In this document: in pieces, positions 1 through 14,000 of the stretch
Layout: the number at the start of each line of letters is the position of its first letter
How positions within the stretch are numbered: the stretch's first letter is position 1
Assembly: GCA_008632985.1 (NCBI GenBank)
Contig: QPGO01000010.1
Location: 744,001 to 808,000 of the forward strand
Source: Psammoneis japonica
Taxonomy: Eukaryota
DNA: 64,000 nucleotides
Reading direction: 5' to 3'
Program-made: the position numbers and the translations under genes
Notes under the pieces: generated by a model
What the model saw: only the letters and a program-made list of their open reading frames with translations
What the model was told of the DNA's origin: nothing
The model's database searches: none

Positions 1-3000
1 TCATTTTCATGCAATTCCCTGTCTTCACGTTGCCGTACCCAACATGAGGATCCCCCTGGAAGATGGTCCATTCAAATTTTCGATGGACGCCACGGACGGC
101 AAGTGATGTTTGTGTCTTGTTGTCGAGTTTGCTCCAACTCTTCGGTTGCAGGAAAAACAACAGCTTGTGCTCAACAGGTGGCACTGCTGCGACAACAAGG
201 GCGAGCGAACCCAGACCCAAGACGATCCTTTTGCACTGACCTGACTCGGATCTTAGAGAGGTTTCTCGATGACACCGACCGAGAGGTCACTCTGTTCGGA
301 GACTTCAGTGCAGACTTCCGAACTGATGACGACACCCTTGCTTCCATGGCGCAACGGTTCAACATGTCTGATGCAATGTGTTGCCATCAAGAAGACCTTG
401 AATTTTCCACTTGCATGAGAGGATCTCGTCGGTTAGACTTCGTTTTGGCAACCCCAGGGGCTTTGGCAGCCTCTAGAAAGTGTGGGTGCGAATCTTTCGG
501 ATGTCGCATGTCTTCGGATCACCGAGCATGTTTTGTCGATTTTGACACAGTGGCATTGTTTGGCAACCCTGCCGTCGACCTGCCACGTGCCAAACACCGT
601 GACCCAAGCAAATTCTCCCAAACACATCACTGCATGCCTGGAGACAATGGCTTCACTGTCGCACAGCCAAAACGTTACGGTGCGAACCGAAGCCTTGATC
701 CAGTCCTCGACTCCAGACCACAGACTCGCAGAGAGACTTGATCGGGACATCCCACAGTTTTCCATGTCGTCTGCAAAGCATTGCCGATGACATGAAGAAC
801 CAGCATGGTCTGTTAAACTGGCTGGTCTCCGTCGACAGATTTTCGCATTGTCCAGGATGATGTTGATGTTTCGTGCCAAGGTCGACATGGTGCCTTCGAT
901 TCTACGTGCTAAGTTTGACCTCAAAGATTCCTCCATTCTCCCAATTGCCCTGCAGGAATGTGCGATTGCTCTACGAAAAGCTCAGTCAGAGTGCCGTCAG
1001 GCAGCACGCGAAAGTCAGCAACATCGAGACGAAGAACGAGATGCCTGCATTGCTGAACTCGAACTGGATGGTGCCAAACAATCGAAGGCCACTGCACGAA
1101 TTTTACGGAATCAATGTTGTGCGGAAGAAACTGAGAGGGCATTCAGGAAGATCAATGCATGCAAGAGAGCGGAAGGAGCCAGCATCCGAACCATTCAGAT
1201 TCCTGAAGATCCCAGAGATGATCCCAAAACATGCGAGAATTGGATGACGATCGATGCTCCAGACGATGTGGAATCAGCTCTCCAACACAGAAACCAACGG
1301 CACTTCGGCCAGGCACAAGGCACTCCCCCCACAGTTCCACCTCTGTCAGTCGACTTGGGCCATGAAGGTGACACAGTGATGGCGGATCTAATCCTAGACG
1401 GAGAACACGAAACCAGTCACCTGAACCGTGCTGCTTCGTCATTGATGCAACACCTTCGACGAAGGACTCCATCAGCAGTTTCAAATTCTCTCACCCCAGA
1501 GGCACTTCGCTCAAAGACAAAACTGTGGTCAGAGTCAACGTCTGCCTCCTTGAAGTCAGGGCTGCATTTGGGACACTGGAAAGCCATGCATGCTCCACAC
1601 TCCCATTCCAATGATTGTGATGAAGACGGCATCCCTTCAGATCGGAAAGAGTTGTCAGACTCAGTTCAGCAGTCACTGGTGTCTGTGCGACTCAATCTGA
1701 TCAACTGCGCACTAAAGTGGGGATGCTCACACAAACGGTGGAAGGACATGGTCAATGTTGTGATCTTCAAAGAACCAGGCAACAACAAAATACACCGACT
1801 GCGAGTGATCCACATTTACGAGGCAGACTTTCAACTCATCACAAGCGTGAAGTGGCGTGAGTTAGCCCAGCACATGGAACATCATCGAATGCACAATCCC
1901 GGCATTTGCGGATGTCGCTCCTTCCTCTCTGCTCAAACTCCTGTGTTTCTCGAAAACATGATGCTGGAGACATCGCGCGCCTCACGGAAAACCTTGCTCA
2001 CAAGTTACGACGACTGCACCTCTTGCTGCGACAGGAACATTCCAGCGACAGTGGGTCTCTGCGCAAAGAGCGATGGGATGCATGAGAAAGTTGTGAAAGT
2101 GAACATGGCAACTCTGCACCACGCACGGCATTGGTTACGCACTTTGTTGGGACTTGCCCGAAAAAGTTGTTCTCATTCCCCCGAGCACCCGTTGCACGGA
2201 ACAGGACAAGGCAGCGGTGACTCTCCCTGGTGCTGGAACACTCTGTGCAGCAGACTGTTTGACATCTTTGACGCAGAAGCTGTCGGCTCATTTTTCGAAA
2301 CTCCGGATGGACAGTTTTACATCTGCGCATGCAACAGAGGTTATGTTGACGACACGTCTAAGCAGGTGAACGACTTTAGAGCAAGCCCTCAGCCCTCAGC
2401 ACTCGAGCCATCTCAGGCACTTCAATCAGATGACCAGTTGTGGTGTGACTTGCTGGACGCAGCTGGACACGAACTAGAATCACCGAAGTGTTCTTTCCAC
2501 GCCATCGAATGGGATTTTACCGAGTGCGGCGAACCGTGTGTTCGACCTTATCACGACGACATCGAGGTGGAGATTTTTTCCGCCGACCGTTCCACTTCAC
2601 GTTGCAGCAAGCAATTGTCAGCTTACACTCCCCACAAAACTCTGGGACATTACATGGCTCCCATCGGCACGCAGAAGACTCAGCTGCAGAAATTACAACA
2701 CAAGAGCGACACCGTTTCGTCATTTCTTCGGTCATGTCCTCTGGATCGTACAGAAACCTGGCGACATTGCCATGCCTGTTACCTCTCATCGATGACATGT
2801 GTTCTGGCTAACTCTAATTTTCTCCCGAAAGAATTGCAACAGGCACAACAGAAGGCTGTGCGAACGATTTTTGCGAAATGCGGCTACAACAGAAACACGA
2901 AACGTCTTGTTCTTTACGGTCCCCAGGCTTTAGGAGGAGGAGGGTTTCGATCGCTCGACATGGAACAAGGAGTCGCCCAATTGCTGCAACTGCTGAAGCA

Positions 3001-5500
3001 CTCAAGAGGAGTTGCCCATCTTCAACTTGGGGAAGATCAACCATGCAAGTTACTTCACATTGCCGTTGCATGGATTCAGTTAAACTTGGGGACAGGCGAC
3101 AGTTTTTTGTGGGACGTGGAGACAGAGTTACCACACATGGAATCGCGATGGTTCGCGTCGGTCCGAGCATTTCTGCAACGGATCAACGGCCGAGTGTTCC
3201 CAACTCATGATGGAATGCTTCCGCTACAACGAGATAACGACCAGCATCTGATGGATGTCGTTTTGAGATCCAAGACCTTCTCTGCACGAGAGATTCGGTG
3301 GATTGGTCATTGCCAATTGTTCCTTCGGGTCTTGTCTGTCTCGGATGTCACTCTTTCAGATGGTGTTGCAATTGACGGTTCAAAAGTGAAAGGGGAACCC
3401 TCTCTGCGCAGCAGCACAAGCACCCTCAACAACGTCGAACAACACAAACCGTGCAAGCGAGCTTGGACAGCGTGGGGGAAATTCTGTGCAAGTTTGTGTC
3501 GTCCGAAATCACTTCAACTGAAGGAACCTCTCGGTGATTGGTCATTTCCTCCGTCAAAAATGAGGATGCAATCTACCGCTTGCTGCTCCCCATCTGAAGA
3601 GCACTTGTACGTTCGTTCATTGGAAGGTTGTGACATTTTCCAGGCGAACGGAACTACAACTGATTCAATTGTCGAGATCGAGACCGTTCCAACCCCCTCC
3701 GAAGAGTCTTGTCCAGCAGAGGTTTCTACACTCGAGGACGGACGATGGCGATTTGAAATTCCGCGTACATCACTCACACCTCCATCAATTCCGGATGCAC
3801 CAGACTCCTTTCTTGAGAGCCTGCAATGATTGGAACTTTGGGAGTCTACATTGTTTGATGCTTTGGAACTGCATGTGTCCTCTCAAGTGTTGGTTCAACA
3901 CTTTCTTTCGTCAACTCTCACTGCAGGCAGTGACGGCTCTGCACGTGAGGGAGCCACGTTCGGCTGGACAATTACCTTGAACGGCACTCCACCAGTCGAT
4001 TGTGCTGGCCCTGTGTTCGGGAAGAAACCTTCCTTGCATCGCGCGGAAGCCTGCGGCATTCTTTCAATCGCTCGGTTCATTTGCCGATTGTGTGAACATT
4101 GTCGGATTTCTGCTCCATTGGACGCGGTGATTCACTGTGACAACAAAGCTTTGGTCGAATGCCTGTCTCGGTTGACATCCACTCCACCTGTGATCGACCC
4201 AGGAGACGAAGCACACACCATGCATGATTTTCACATTCGGCATCACGGCGCCAATGCCACATCCTCAGACTGGGATGTCTTGAACGAAATTCTTTGTGCC
4301 CAGCGAACGTTGAAGCTGCTCTCTGAGTTGACGGACATGACTCTTCCTGCAGTTTCTTGGGTGAAAGGACATCAAGACAGGCACACTCCAGTTCACACCT
4401 CGCCCTCAAATGCAAGAGTCAACATCCGGGCGGACAGATCAGCAGAATCACATCAAGGCCACCACCTGTGCAACACCGATCAGGTCAAGCATCTTCCTCA
4501 TTGCCATTCTTGTTTCGAGATAGAGGGCGGTGCGGTGACTTCCAATTACAAGAAACAAATCAGACACGCTGCCACAGCTCCCGCACTGCCAGAGCACATC
4601 GTCGAACACAACCAATGGACCAATGCGGTGATCGAGCAAGTTGACTGGAATGCACACGCAATCCCAGTGAAACGCCATTCAAAGCAGCACGTGAACATGG
4701 TCAAATTGGTTCACGATTTGCCACCCACGAACAAAATCATCCACAGACATGACCCGGTGCGTCCCCACCAGTGCATTGTGTGTGATCATCCAATGGAAGA
4801 CAGGGATCATGTTCTACGATGCCCCAACAACGAGCAGTGGAGGAGGAAGTTTTTACAAGGATTGCGCCGCTGTTGTGACAAGGTGGACACCATGCCTGTC
4901 CTGCGTGACTTTCTTCTGGACATGTTGCAGGCTTGGTTTAACGAGGAAATCACTTGTCTTGCGGATGTGGATTGCAGACTCAAAGAGTTGTGGAAAGCCC
5001 AGACTGACATTGGCTGGAGACAGATTTTTAACGGTCGACATTTGTTTGTGTGGAACCTGCTGCAATCCGGCCACCTTCGTGATTCAGGCATCTTGAGGCA
5101 ATGTCAAGAAGAGAACAAGCAGCCACCGGATTGGACCATCCAGGTCGGATCACACATGTGGAGAAGTTGGTGGGAACTGTGGGAGGAACACAACAAGCTC
5201 GTCCACGGGCACGACGTGGAATCTCGTAAGTCTTCCCAGCGGCGAAGGGCAGAGGCCGAATTGACTGCGATTCACAACAAACGTCAGGAGTGTTTGGCAA
5301 AAGACAGAGGCGCACTGCTTGACTCGGTCGAGGAACACCACACATTTTCAACGACGAGGATTCAAAATTGGATTTCAATGGCACGACCAAGCCTCCAAGA
5401 CAGCTTGAAAGAAGCCAAACGCCTGGCCAAACGTGGCACTCGCACCATTCGTAGCTGCTTCCGTCGGGCGCCCCCTGCTGGGGGTGCCGGGTCAGGCTAA
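1..5500 (+). mobile_element. Non-LTR retrotransposon ORF2 (Ambal-like: AP endonuclease + RT + RNase H + Zn knuckle), degenerate; 5' part lies outside the window
   Basis: APE motifs LFGDFSA, RGSRRLDFVL and SDHRA (103-741); RT motifs HRLRVIHIYEADF, GTGQGSGDSP and GYVDD (848-3829); RNase H motifs SDGSA, RAEACG, HCDN and WVKGHQD, then CxxC...EDRDHVLRC (3830-5500). One frameshift near 604 and in-frame TGA stops at 788-790 and 3827-3829; otherwise one continuous frame. Confidence 0.9.
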
Positions 5501-5689
5501 TTGCACACAATTTCTGCCGCGTCCTTTTAGGGTGCACTGGAAGTGTGGGTTGGCCGGCACCGGTGTTGCTGGGCAAAGGTGCAACAGCACTCAAAAATTA
5601 GAGTTTGGTTTTTTTTTTGACAACAACAACTCTCAACAACTCTTGACTTCCCCTTTTTTGCTGACTCAAACAACTGTCTGACCTCTGAG

Positions 5690-8600
5690 GACTGTGGCAC
5701 TTGACAATGACTCAACAACAGTTTTGATGACACCCATGTTTGACAGTTGCCCAGAAAGATGAGAGAGGCTGGGGTCTGCTTTGTTTGGTTGAGGTGCTTG
5801 TCAACAAGGGATGACATTGTGGCTTGCAGCTGCAACACTGCATTGGACAAAGGTGGAGAAAGGTTTCCACACAAGTTGCAGCTCAGAACTTGAGCAGCAC
5901 AACAGCTTGAGCTGTTGTCACACTCCTTGATTTCTTCCCACAAGCAAAGTGAAACCAACAAGGGGGGGGGTTGACAGGTTTCAACCGATCAGTCTCTGAG
6001 TCTGACCACAAAAAGTGCATGATGCAAATGGTTTTGTTGCCTGAAGATTCAATGTGCCCACCAGTTTTGGCTGTTTCAGACAGTGATTTGTTTTGGAGAA
6101 CCCACCAGTGCACTGCTGTCACAAGGTCTTGTGCCACCTTTGGCTGCACTGGGCAAAAAGAGTGACAATCAAGAAATGTGTGTGAGCTCCAGCACACTTG
6201 AGTCTCTCATTCTGCACAGTGTTGGCTTGAAATTCCTGTCACCTCTGCCAATGGGCTCAATGTCTGTTTTGGATGATGACTGCTCTTCCCCACTTGATGC
6301 AACCAACTTGTGTTCATGAGGAGCTTTCAAACTTTTCTGGCTCTGAAAGGTCAATTTTCAACCACGCTCTTTTTCTTGTTTTCTCCCATGATGGGCAAGT
6401 TTTTCTGTGTGAGATTTTGAACACAAGAAGCAGACAGCTCTGGAATGTCCAAAAGTGCATCCTGTCATCCCGTGGCTCAGTCATGCACTCTTCATCAACA
6501 TTTGCAGCTGATGGATCTTCTGTCACTGGAGAGGAGAGAGGGAACAGAGTGACTGAGAGAGGTGCAGCCATGATCTTGATCGTCAGCTCTGCACACCTGG
6601 CTCAGTTTCTTGACCCAGTTGTTTCATTCCTCTTGTGTTGTGGCAGCCAAGAAGCACAGTGGTCTCTTGGAGGCAGTCAGAGGAGTGACAGAAAAAGTGC
6701 ACAGATTCTCTGCAGGATGACCTCATTTTGGTGAATCATCAATTTCCACATGGCAAGATCTCAAGCAAGTCATTTCCCTGGGCACCAGCCACATCACATT
6801 GCACAATGCCAACCTCTGTTCCAGCTCCATCATCATCCACATGGTGTGTCAACAATCCAGAAGCAGGTTGAAGCACAAACCATGACTGATGCCAGAGACT
6901 CTTGAGCACATCACAAGGACATCTTGAAACAGTGGCACCAGTGAAGATGACCTTGCGGGCAAGGTTTCCTTGCATTTGTTCTGTTCTCAGCACAGCTCTC
7001 TGGCTGATGTGCAATGGTTTGTGGAAAAAGTGGCCGGCATGTTTCACCCGACATTGTTGCATGAAAGACGTTGCACAATGCAGCTCAAGCACACCAAAAG
7101 ACATCAAGAACAGTGCACCCAGCATTCAGACAATGGAGCAACTAAAGGATTGATGCCTGCTGCAGACTCCAGCAAACCAGCAAGGAGATGACCTTCTTGG
7201 CGGGCTGTGCTGTGCTGAGAGTGGCTGCACAAAAGCAAGCACAAGAAATCCTTCATTGTCTGGCAGGATGGGAGACATGATGGAGCTGTTGAGGCATCTC
7301 CAAGGAGATGCCAATGATGGACCAGAGATGCTTCCAATGTGTTCCAGCTCCAGGTGGGATCTTGTGCTGCTGAGCTGTGACATCAATGGTTTTTTGGATC
7401 ATGCCACATGTCATGCACGCAGATGGCCACATGCAACATTCTACAAAATCATTTCATGATTCCTGTTTTGCGAAGCCAAAGGCTTTCTATTTTCAACATT
7501 TGTGAGAATGAAAATGCACTGGGTGCATTCTTTGATGTCTGCAGAACATGCCTGTGCAAACTGTTGATGATGTGCTTCAAGTGTGAAGGAGGAGACACAT
7601 TGTTTGCAAAATTGCCTCTTTTTCTGTTGGCAATCATTCACATTTTCATCACTTGACAAATTTGCTGCAGAGCTTGCACATGGAATTTTGCTGACCCAAT
7701 GTCACACAGAGTCCCGCCCAGGACTGGAACCCATCTTCCACTGTGCCATGTCATCAGAGTGCAGACAGCCAAGGTGGTGGCAGGGAATCATCCATGGGAT
7801 TCCGCACATGTGGACAGAAAAAGTGCGGGAAGGTCAGATGTGCATGCTGCACCTGATTGTCATGCTGGAAAATCTGTGGCACAGATTTGGGGTTCAGATT
7901 TGTTGCAGATTTTCAAGGGGTTCACAGAAACAGTTGCAGATTTGCAAAAAGCACAGATCTTCATGATTTGGCAAATTAATGCAATCTTTGAAGAACCCTT
8001 CTGCAGGCCCAGCACAGCAAAAGCAGGCCCAGGCAGTGCGGTCTGCGCACACCCTGTGCAGATTTGTGCCACAGAGGGGGGATGACCAACATTGTCCAGA
8101 TTCCAGACCAGCAATTTGTTTGCCATTCTTAAAAGTTGCAGATTTCATTGACCACTCAGTGGTTGGTGATTGCAGACTCATTTGTGTTGGGCAGTCAGTC
8201 TGGCAATCGGTCCGGCAGTCTGTCCAAATTTGAGAGTGTGTCCCTCGGATTTTGGAACAGCATGGGTTGTTCAGTGCAGATGAATTGTTTGGATTCACAG
8301 AATGATCATTGAGGACATTGGAGGTTGTGTGGGAACATCCCAAAAAATTGAAAAATCCCCTGCAACGGGCAAGTGGACCTGTTTTTCTGGAGAGCTCAAA
8401 AGTGCTGCAAAGTTGGGATTGCCGGCATGGAATGTTAAAAAATGCACCGGTGTTGAGCTTTGAACAAAGAGAAATTGTCGTGAGTTGCACACAAAACAGT
8501 CACACTAGAAAAAACACATCAAACAACAAGTGCACTTGTGCGATGTGCTGTTTTGGTGACAAATTGGAAAAAAAGAGTTTGTCCGTGCACCTCGCTGCTG

Positions 8601-8930
8601 CACCAAAAATGGCATGAGCCATCAAACACAATGGTCGCCCGCATTGCCGGTGCGATGGCCACACCCACGTGTGTGCAGGCAATGCAGCATGCAACAGGAC
8701 ACACCCGCACCCACAAAGAAAGACAAGTGGTCACAATGCTCCCCGCAGGCCTGGTCATCCGCCACCCCCCAGAGTGAAATCATCTTGCAGATTCTGAAAT
8801 CAACACAGATTTTCTATGACATTCAGGGCAGGTGTGGTGCCAGCCAGGCAGGATGGAAGATCATCGCTTAGACGTCGGGGGAGCATCAACTGTGATGACA
8901 ACACACAATGAACACAGGCAGGTTAAACAA
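5690..8930. repeat. Heavily decayed repeat block, unclassified; TpA- and CpG-depleted
   Basis: Long stretches with almost no TA or CG and an excess of TG/CA. Segment ~7565-7690 aligns with ~32000-32115. Confidence 0.7.
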
Positions 8931-10250
8931 CAATGTTGCAGCAGGTTGCATTCTCCATGTCTAAACGTGTCACCTGTGCACAACAGAGCCCTGTGGCAAC
9001 AATGTCAACTCATTCCCTGGCGACTGTTCAACATTGTGAGAAGGAACATGCTCATGAATCTTTGGCTGCCAGAGCTTGTTTTTCTGCAGTTGTCGGTGTC
9101 AGGCCATGCTTTGCCATTCAAGTTGTTGCATGTGATGATGCAGAGCCAGTTGAGACGGGCTTGGATGTTGTCACTCAGGAGAACAATCCGTTGTGGCCTG
9201 CTGGTGTGTGATCAGAAATGGTCAATGACCATGTGGATGAAATGCTTGACAATCCAGACATCAACATCCAAGCCATTCATAACAGCATTGAACGACTCAT
9301 TTACACATCAAATGTTCGTCTCACATTGAGTGCTTTGCACAGCTCATTGTCTGCGTTTCATGGAGAAGAAGTGCTGTGTCATCAGTTGAAGTTGGCGAAA
9401 ACGGGCACTGGCGAGAAACTGAATCTCCATCACAGCACCCGAAAGATCAACGCAAAACAACTGGACGATTTGGCAACCAAGCTGTTGGGAAACAAGGCAG
9501 TCAATCAACGTTGGTTGCCAGATCACATCAAAAGACAATTGTGCACGAACTGCTTGAAGCTTGTCTTTTCTCTCTTGGATGCAATCGCGGACTCGCTTGG
9601 CATTTGCGTCTGTGGCCATGTTTTGTCTCTTCGCTTTGAACCACTCTTGCACGATGCAATCGATCGACAACTTGCCGCAGTAGATGACAACAACCAGCCA
9701 GACATTTGGAGCTAAACGAAGCTATTCTGGAGGAGCTGGTTACCGACACCATCCGAGAATCGCAAGATACCTTTGACGGTACATCCTTGGCTTCGTATTT
9801 GCCATTCCATGAATCGTTCCTGCGAAATCTACACAAGACTCTCTGTAAGTTGGTTGGTTATGTTGTACGAGATCAATTCACTTGACGCTACTGCTTACGA
9901 TCTGTACGCTCCTTGCTTCTTCCAGTTAGTCTCATTCTCGGTATTATAAGCGACATGCTTTCCAAGACGGACTCTCCGTGCTGGAGGAACGAATTCAAAT
10001 ACCTTGTACCGATGGAGATTGAAACTTGGAGAGCAAATAGAAATAAAGCAGAAAATGCCGCAACCAAGCAACAGCAAGAAGAAATGTTTGCTCAGCTCAA
10101 AAAGGAGCTTGAAGAGGCCCACAACGCCGAGGCCAAGGCACGAAAGATAGCTCGCATGGGTTTGATGGTTGGTGCTGTTGCACTGACAGTTGCGGCATTC
10201 CTCCAGGTCGTAGAAAACTTAACAGAACTATGTATCTACTCAAGGTTCAT
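8930..10250 (+). pseudogene. Host-type hypothetical protein gene with an internally repeated domain; 5' half mutated
   Basis: Repeated unit V(D/E)..L.N..IN...(I/L)P..IER..Y...L..(L/V), a TGA at 9209-9211, a frameshift near 9710, a GT-AG intron at ~9845-9925, then a coiled coil and a C-terminal TM segment (MGLMVGAVALTVAAFL). Confidence 0.55.
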
Positions 10251-10313
10251 AGCTACCGTAGATGGTATGCATCGACGCAAGAATTCTGAACTCTGCGATA
10301 CTATGCCTCTACT

Positions 10314-12600
10314 TTACTTGCGATTCAAACCTGGATTCGATGATGACATTGTGGCTTGGTTCCCTACATCAAATGCACCCATTTCAAGCTGTTCAAAGTT
10401 GCCCAAGTCCCCATCTGCGGGGAAGTTACCAGGAGACATTTCGTTTAGCATGTCATTAAGAGCTGCATCGGAAGATCCTCGCTTGTGTTTGGTAGTATTT
10501 TTTGTATTCTTTCGACCGGAGCCAGATGACGAGCCCCGTTTCTTTTTGGTGGTTTGCGAAGCTGGAAACTCTTTTGGGATTGCTGTTACAAATCGGGCCG
10601 GTATGTGTCGTTGAGGAAGAGATCCTGTCAACAAATCTGAAATATGAATAGAATTTCTAGGTGTGAGTCTCAGGCAAAGCATGGAAAAGTCAACAAATCT
10701 CGTTCAACAACATACCAGCTTCATCTCCATCGAATTCAACAACGATAACGTCGTCCTCGCCACGGCAGTAGGTGGTGCTGTCGACCACCGTTGCAGAGTA
10801 CAATGAGGTAGTCTTAGGGAACATGGCGTAGACACGGGCACCCTTTTTTATCCTAAAAACGAGCGAAGAGGCAAGAGGCGTGATGAGAGGTGTCATAATG
10901 AACGTGAGTAATCACTATTGGCCAAACAAAACTCGTACCGGCTGCACCAGTCCGTGGATTCGGCATAGTTACGGGGAAGTGGCAGCACCAGTTCTCTCGA
11001 GACTTGCGTGACATTTCCACCGTCCCTTTCATCGGCATCCTTTATGGAGACTTTCTGGCGAAAAAGCGAGTTGCGCTTGGCCTGTGAATTTATAACACAA
11101 AACACAAACCTTTAGCTCTGGACAGGTGGGTGTGGAGAGTACCAAGAAAACAAAGCAGCTTACCTCGCTCAAGAGCAGAAACGCAGAATCAGACATCTCC
11201 AACGCCGCGTAATCGGAAACTACGATCGCACTGATCCAAAGGTCTCGCGACGAAACCCGAGCAGCCACATAGTCTCCCTTTTTCAAAGAACGGAAACGAA
11301 GAACTTCAAAGATACGACGGGCGTGCTCCTTTTTGGTAACACGGCGTCCATTCTCATCGTATTCCAACGGGCGAATGTCAATGCCGCTAGGGTTTTGCGC
11401 GGCTGCTTTACGTTTTCGCAACTTGCGCAAGGTGGAACCGGCCGGGTCACCCTGAGAGGGATTGCTCGCTGCCCCGCCCGAAGCCGTCGTTGCCACCAAG
11501 GGCTTGGGAGCAGGTACAGGAACCTTGGGAGCTGTGGATGGTGTGATGGGTTTCCACCCTAGAGGTGCGGGCTGTGGGCCATGAGGGTCCAGTTCTGCCA
11601 GAATCGATGAAACAATCCCGTGCATTTTGGTGCAAAACGCCTTTCCTCCCAAAAGTTCTGTCTTGATCTTCTTGGCCGTACGTACATTCATGGCTTCCTT
11701 CTTGAGTTCTTCCTCTTGTTGCTGTTCGGTAAGGCCCCGTTTCCTTTCCTGCATAGCCGCTGCTGCCTCTGGATTGTCCTTCTTTTGACTGGCAGCAACC
11801 TGCCGGGCTCTTTGCCTCTTGGTGCGTTGCGCCGACGCCGTTCCTTTAAGAAATCCATTCACAGAGCTCCCTCCCAACATAGTCTTGGCAACATAGATTA
11901 TCTTGTCCATGGCGCTGCAATGACTCAATAGCAACTTGAACATTTCCGGTGGATGCGGCTGCTGCGGCGCGGCTGTAAACTTCACTGTAGCAGGCAACGA
12001 AGAAGCGGCAGAGGAAGACCGTTGGTAGAGCGGCGGTTGCGGGATAGAAGCGATACTTCCACTAGTAGGCTCTTGAGCGTTTCCAGAACCACTGTTCTGG
12101 TTAATCTGCTGTGCGCCTTGTTGCTGCTGCTGCATTGTTTGAAACCGCATCAAGTCATTCGATGGTGCCAACTCGATTGGGGACTTCTGAGCAGTCGGAG
12201 AAGCATTTTGTTGTGGAGACTGTTGTGGTTGAGGCATGATTTGCTGATACTGATTTGTTGAAGAACGATCCTTTGAAGCTGCCAATTGAGCTGCCTGTTG
12301 CTGATGCTGTTGAAGCTGCATAATTTGCTGTTGCTGCTGTTGAATTTGCATCTGTAACATGCGTTGCTGCTGAGACGTTGCTCCAGGAGCTGCTGGCATT
12401 GGACTTCCGTTGTATGGAAACGGCGTCAAGTTTCCCCCAGAGTAACCACGACTTAAAGATGGCGGTTGCATCATCATTGGATCTCCCGGTGCGTTCATTG
12501 GTGCAGGGTTTGGATTCATGGGCGAGTTCGGCATGTTTGGTGGCATGGGCATTCCCTGCTGCGGCATTCCTGAACCAGTAGAAGAGCGTCCCTTCTGCAT
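10314..12600 (-). CDS. SGF29: SGF29-like tandem Tudor protein with a Q/P-rich N-terminus (multi-exon)
   Basis: LKKGDYVAARVSSRDLWI, LVLPLP, VYAMFPKTTSLYSATVV, VEFDGDE and LPQRHIPARFVT match SGF29 Tudor motifs. Introns at 11082-11163, ~10855-10937 and ~10627-10715. Confidence 0.75.
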
Positions 12601-13479
12601 ATTTTAAGAAAATAACAACAATTACTTCTACCAAAACTCTTCGTGCTCTTACTCTGACGACGTCACAAACCCAGAGATACACGCCGACACTTGCTTTACG
12701 CCATCGTTCGCAACGCAAACTGCACACAGCAAACACCAAAACGTGCTTCTCTCATTGCAATCAGGCTTTTGTGCTGTTTTTGACTGGGTGTATGTAGAAG
12801 TACGTATCGTATACACAGTAGGGCCCTACCGTATTATTATTTATTACCGGTAGGTGTGCGTGCTCGTTCGAGCGATCGCATAGACGGAACCCGGACGCTG
12901 AATTGCTGTGACACCTCCAGAGCCAGAATTATTTTACCACGACAGAACCACGGCCGCTGACGACAACCTCTTTTGATGTTACCACTATTCAGCAAGACGC
13001 TTACTCTCCCAGACACCACTTGCGCTCTCAACAATAGAGACTAAGAGATTCATGTTTGGCAAGTCACATCCTTTATCGTGCGCTTTCCACGGGCTCAGGA
13101 ATCATCGGCACTAACCCATTTTTTCCTCTTCAGCTCCCATTACGGCTCGACCCACCACACCCTACTCGAAGACGTGTATCTCCATTACCGTCAAAAGGAG
13201 CACGTCACCACTGGCGCTTTTATCTTACCTCTCCTTCCTCTACCTGTTGCAGTGATGACAGAAGAATCGCCCACGGCATCGTCTCCCAAAACGCAAGCGA
13301 GATCCCCAGAGGAACCGTTACAAAAGTGTGCGGCTCCACCCTTGCATCTGCCGTGTGCCAGCAAAAGAAGGCCATGTTATGGAAGTGACAATGCAAGCAA
13401 CAACAACATGAGAGATGTGGTGTGTGGGCACCTTGTTGGGAACTCTTGCGTGCCACCGGGACCCACAGGCAATTTTGAG

Positions 13480-14000
13480 TACATTGGATTCAGTTTTTGC
13501 GTCCGTTGTTGGCTATTTCGATGTTACTTCATTGATTTGGCTTGGCAAGTTGGCAATCATGTTTGTTTGTTGTATCAAGAAGAGCATGCTTGAATGTTTT
13601 GTTGCTATGGCAAGCGTTGTCGTCGTTGCACAAAGTCGTTTTATGTGTGCAGTGTTGTGGTTTTTGATCAAATCCCATTGGCCGTGTTGTTTATACCGGT
13701 ACTTTGTTGATTTGGCTTCATCCATTGGCTTTCACGGCTCGTATCATTTGTTTGTTTCATTGAGAAGAGCGACCGAGTGTTTTGTTGTTATGGCGGGTGT
13801 TGTCGTCGTTGTGTAAAGTCCTTTTATACAGTGTTGTGGTTTTTGATCGCATGCCGTTGGCCGTGTCGTTTATACTTCGTTGATTTGGCTTCATCCATTG
13901 AATTTCATCGCTGGTGTCATTTGTTTATTGTATATAGAGAGCGACCGAGTGTTGTATTTCATGGTAGGCGTTGTCGTCGTCATCAAAAGTCGTTTTGCTG
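13480..14000. repeat. Diverged tandem repeat, ~174-bp unit x3
   Basis: TTGATTTGGCT recurs at ~13532, ~13707 and ~13880, with the same downstream blocks (TTTGTTTG...GAGAGCGACCGAGTGTT...GTTGTCGTCGT). Confidence 0.85.

Noticed and set aside
788..3829. In-frame TGA codons plus Cys excess suggesting an alternative genetic code or readthrough
   Set aside because: Host genes use the standard code with normal Tyr and TGA stops. These TGAs fit CGA->TGA decay.
5620..5640. CAACAACAAC as a mutated (TAA)n LINE tail
   Set aside because: Plausible but too short to support, and no TSD partner is visible.
13480..14000. Repeat array as a CRISPR
   Set aside because: Whole ~174-bp units are homologous, with no unique spacers and no cas genes, in a eukaryotic context.
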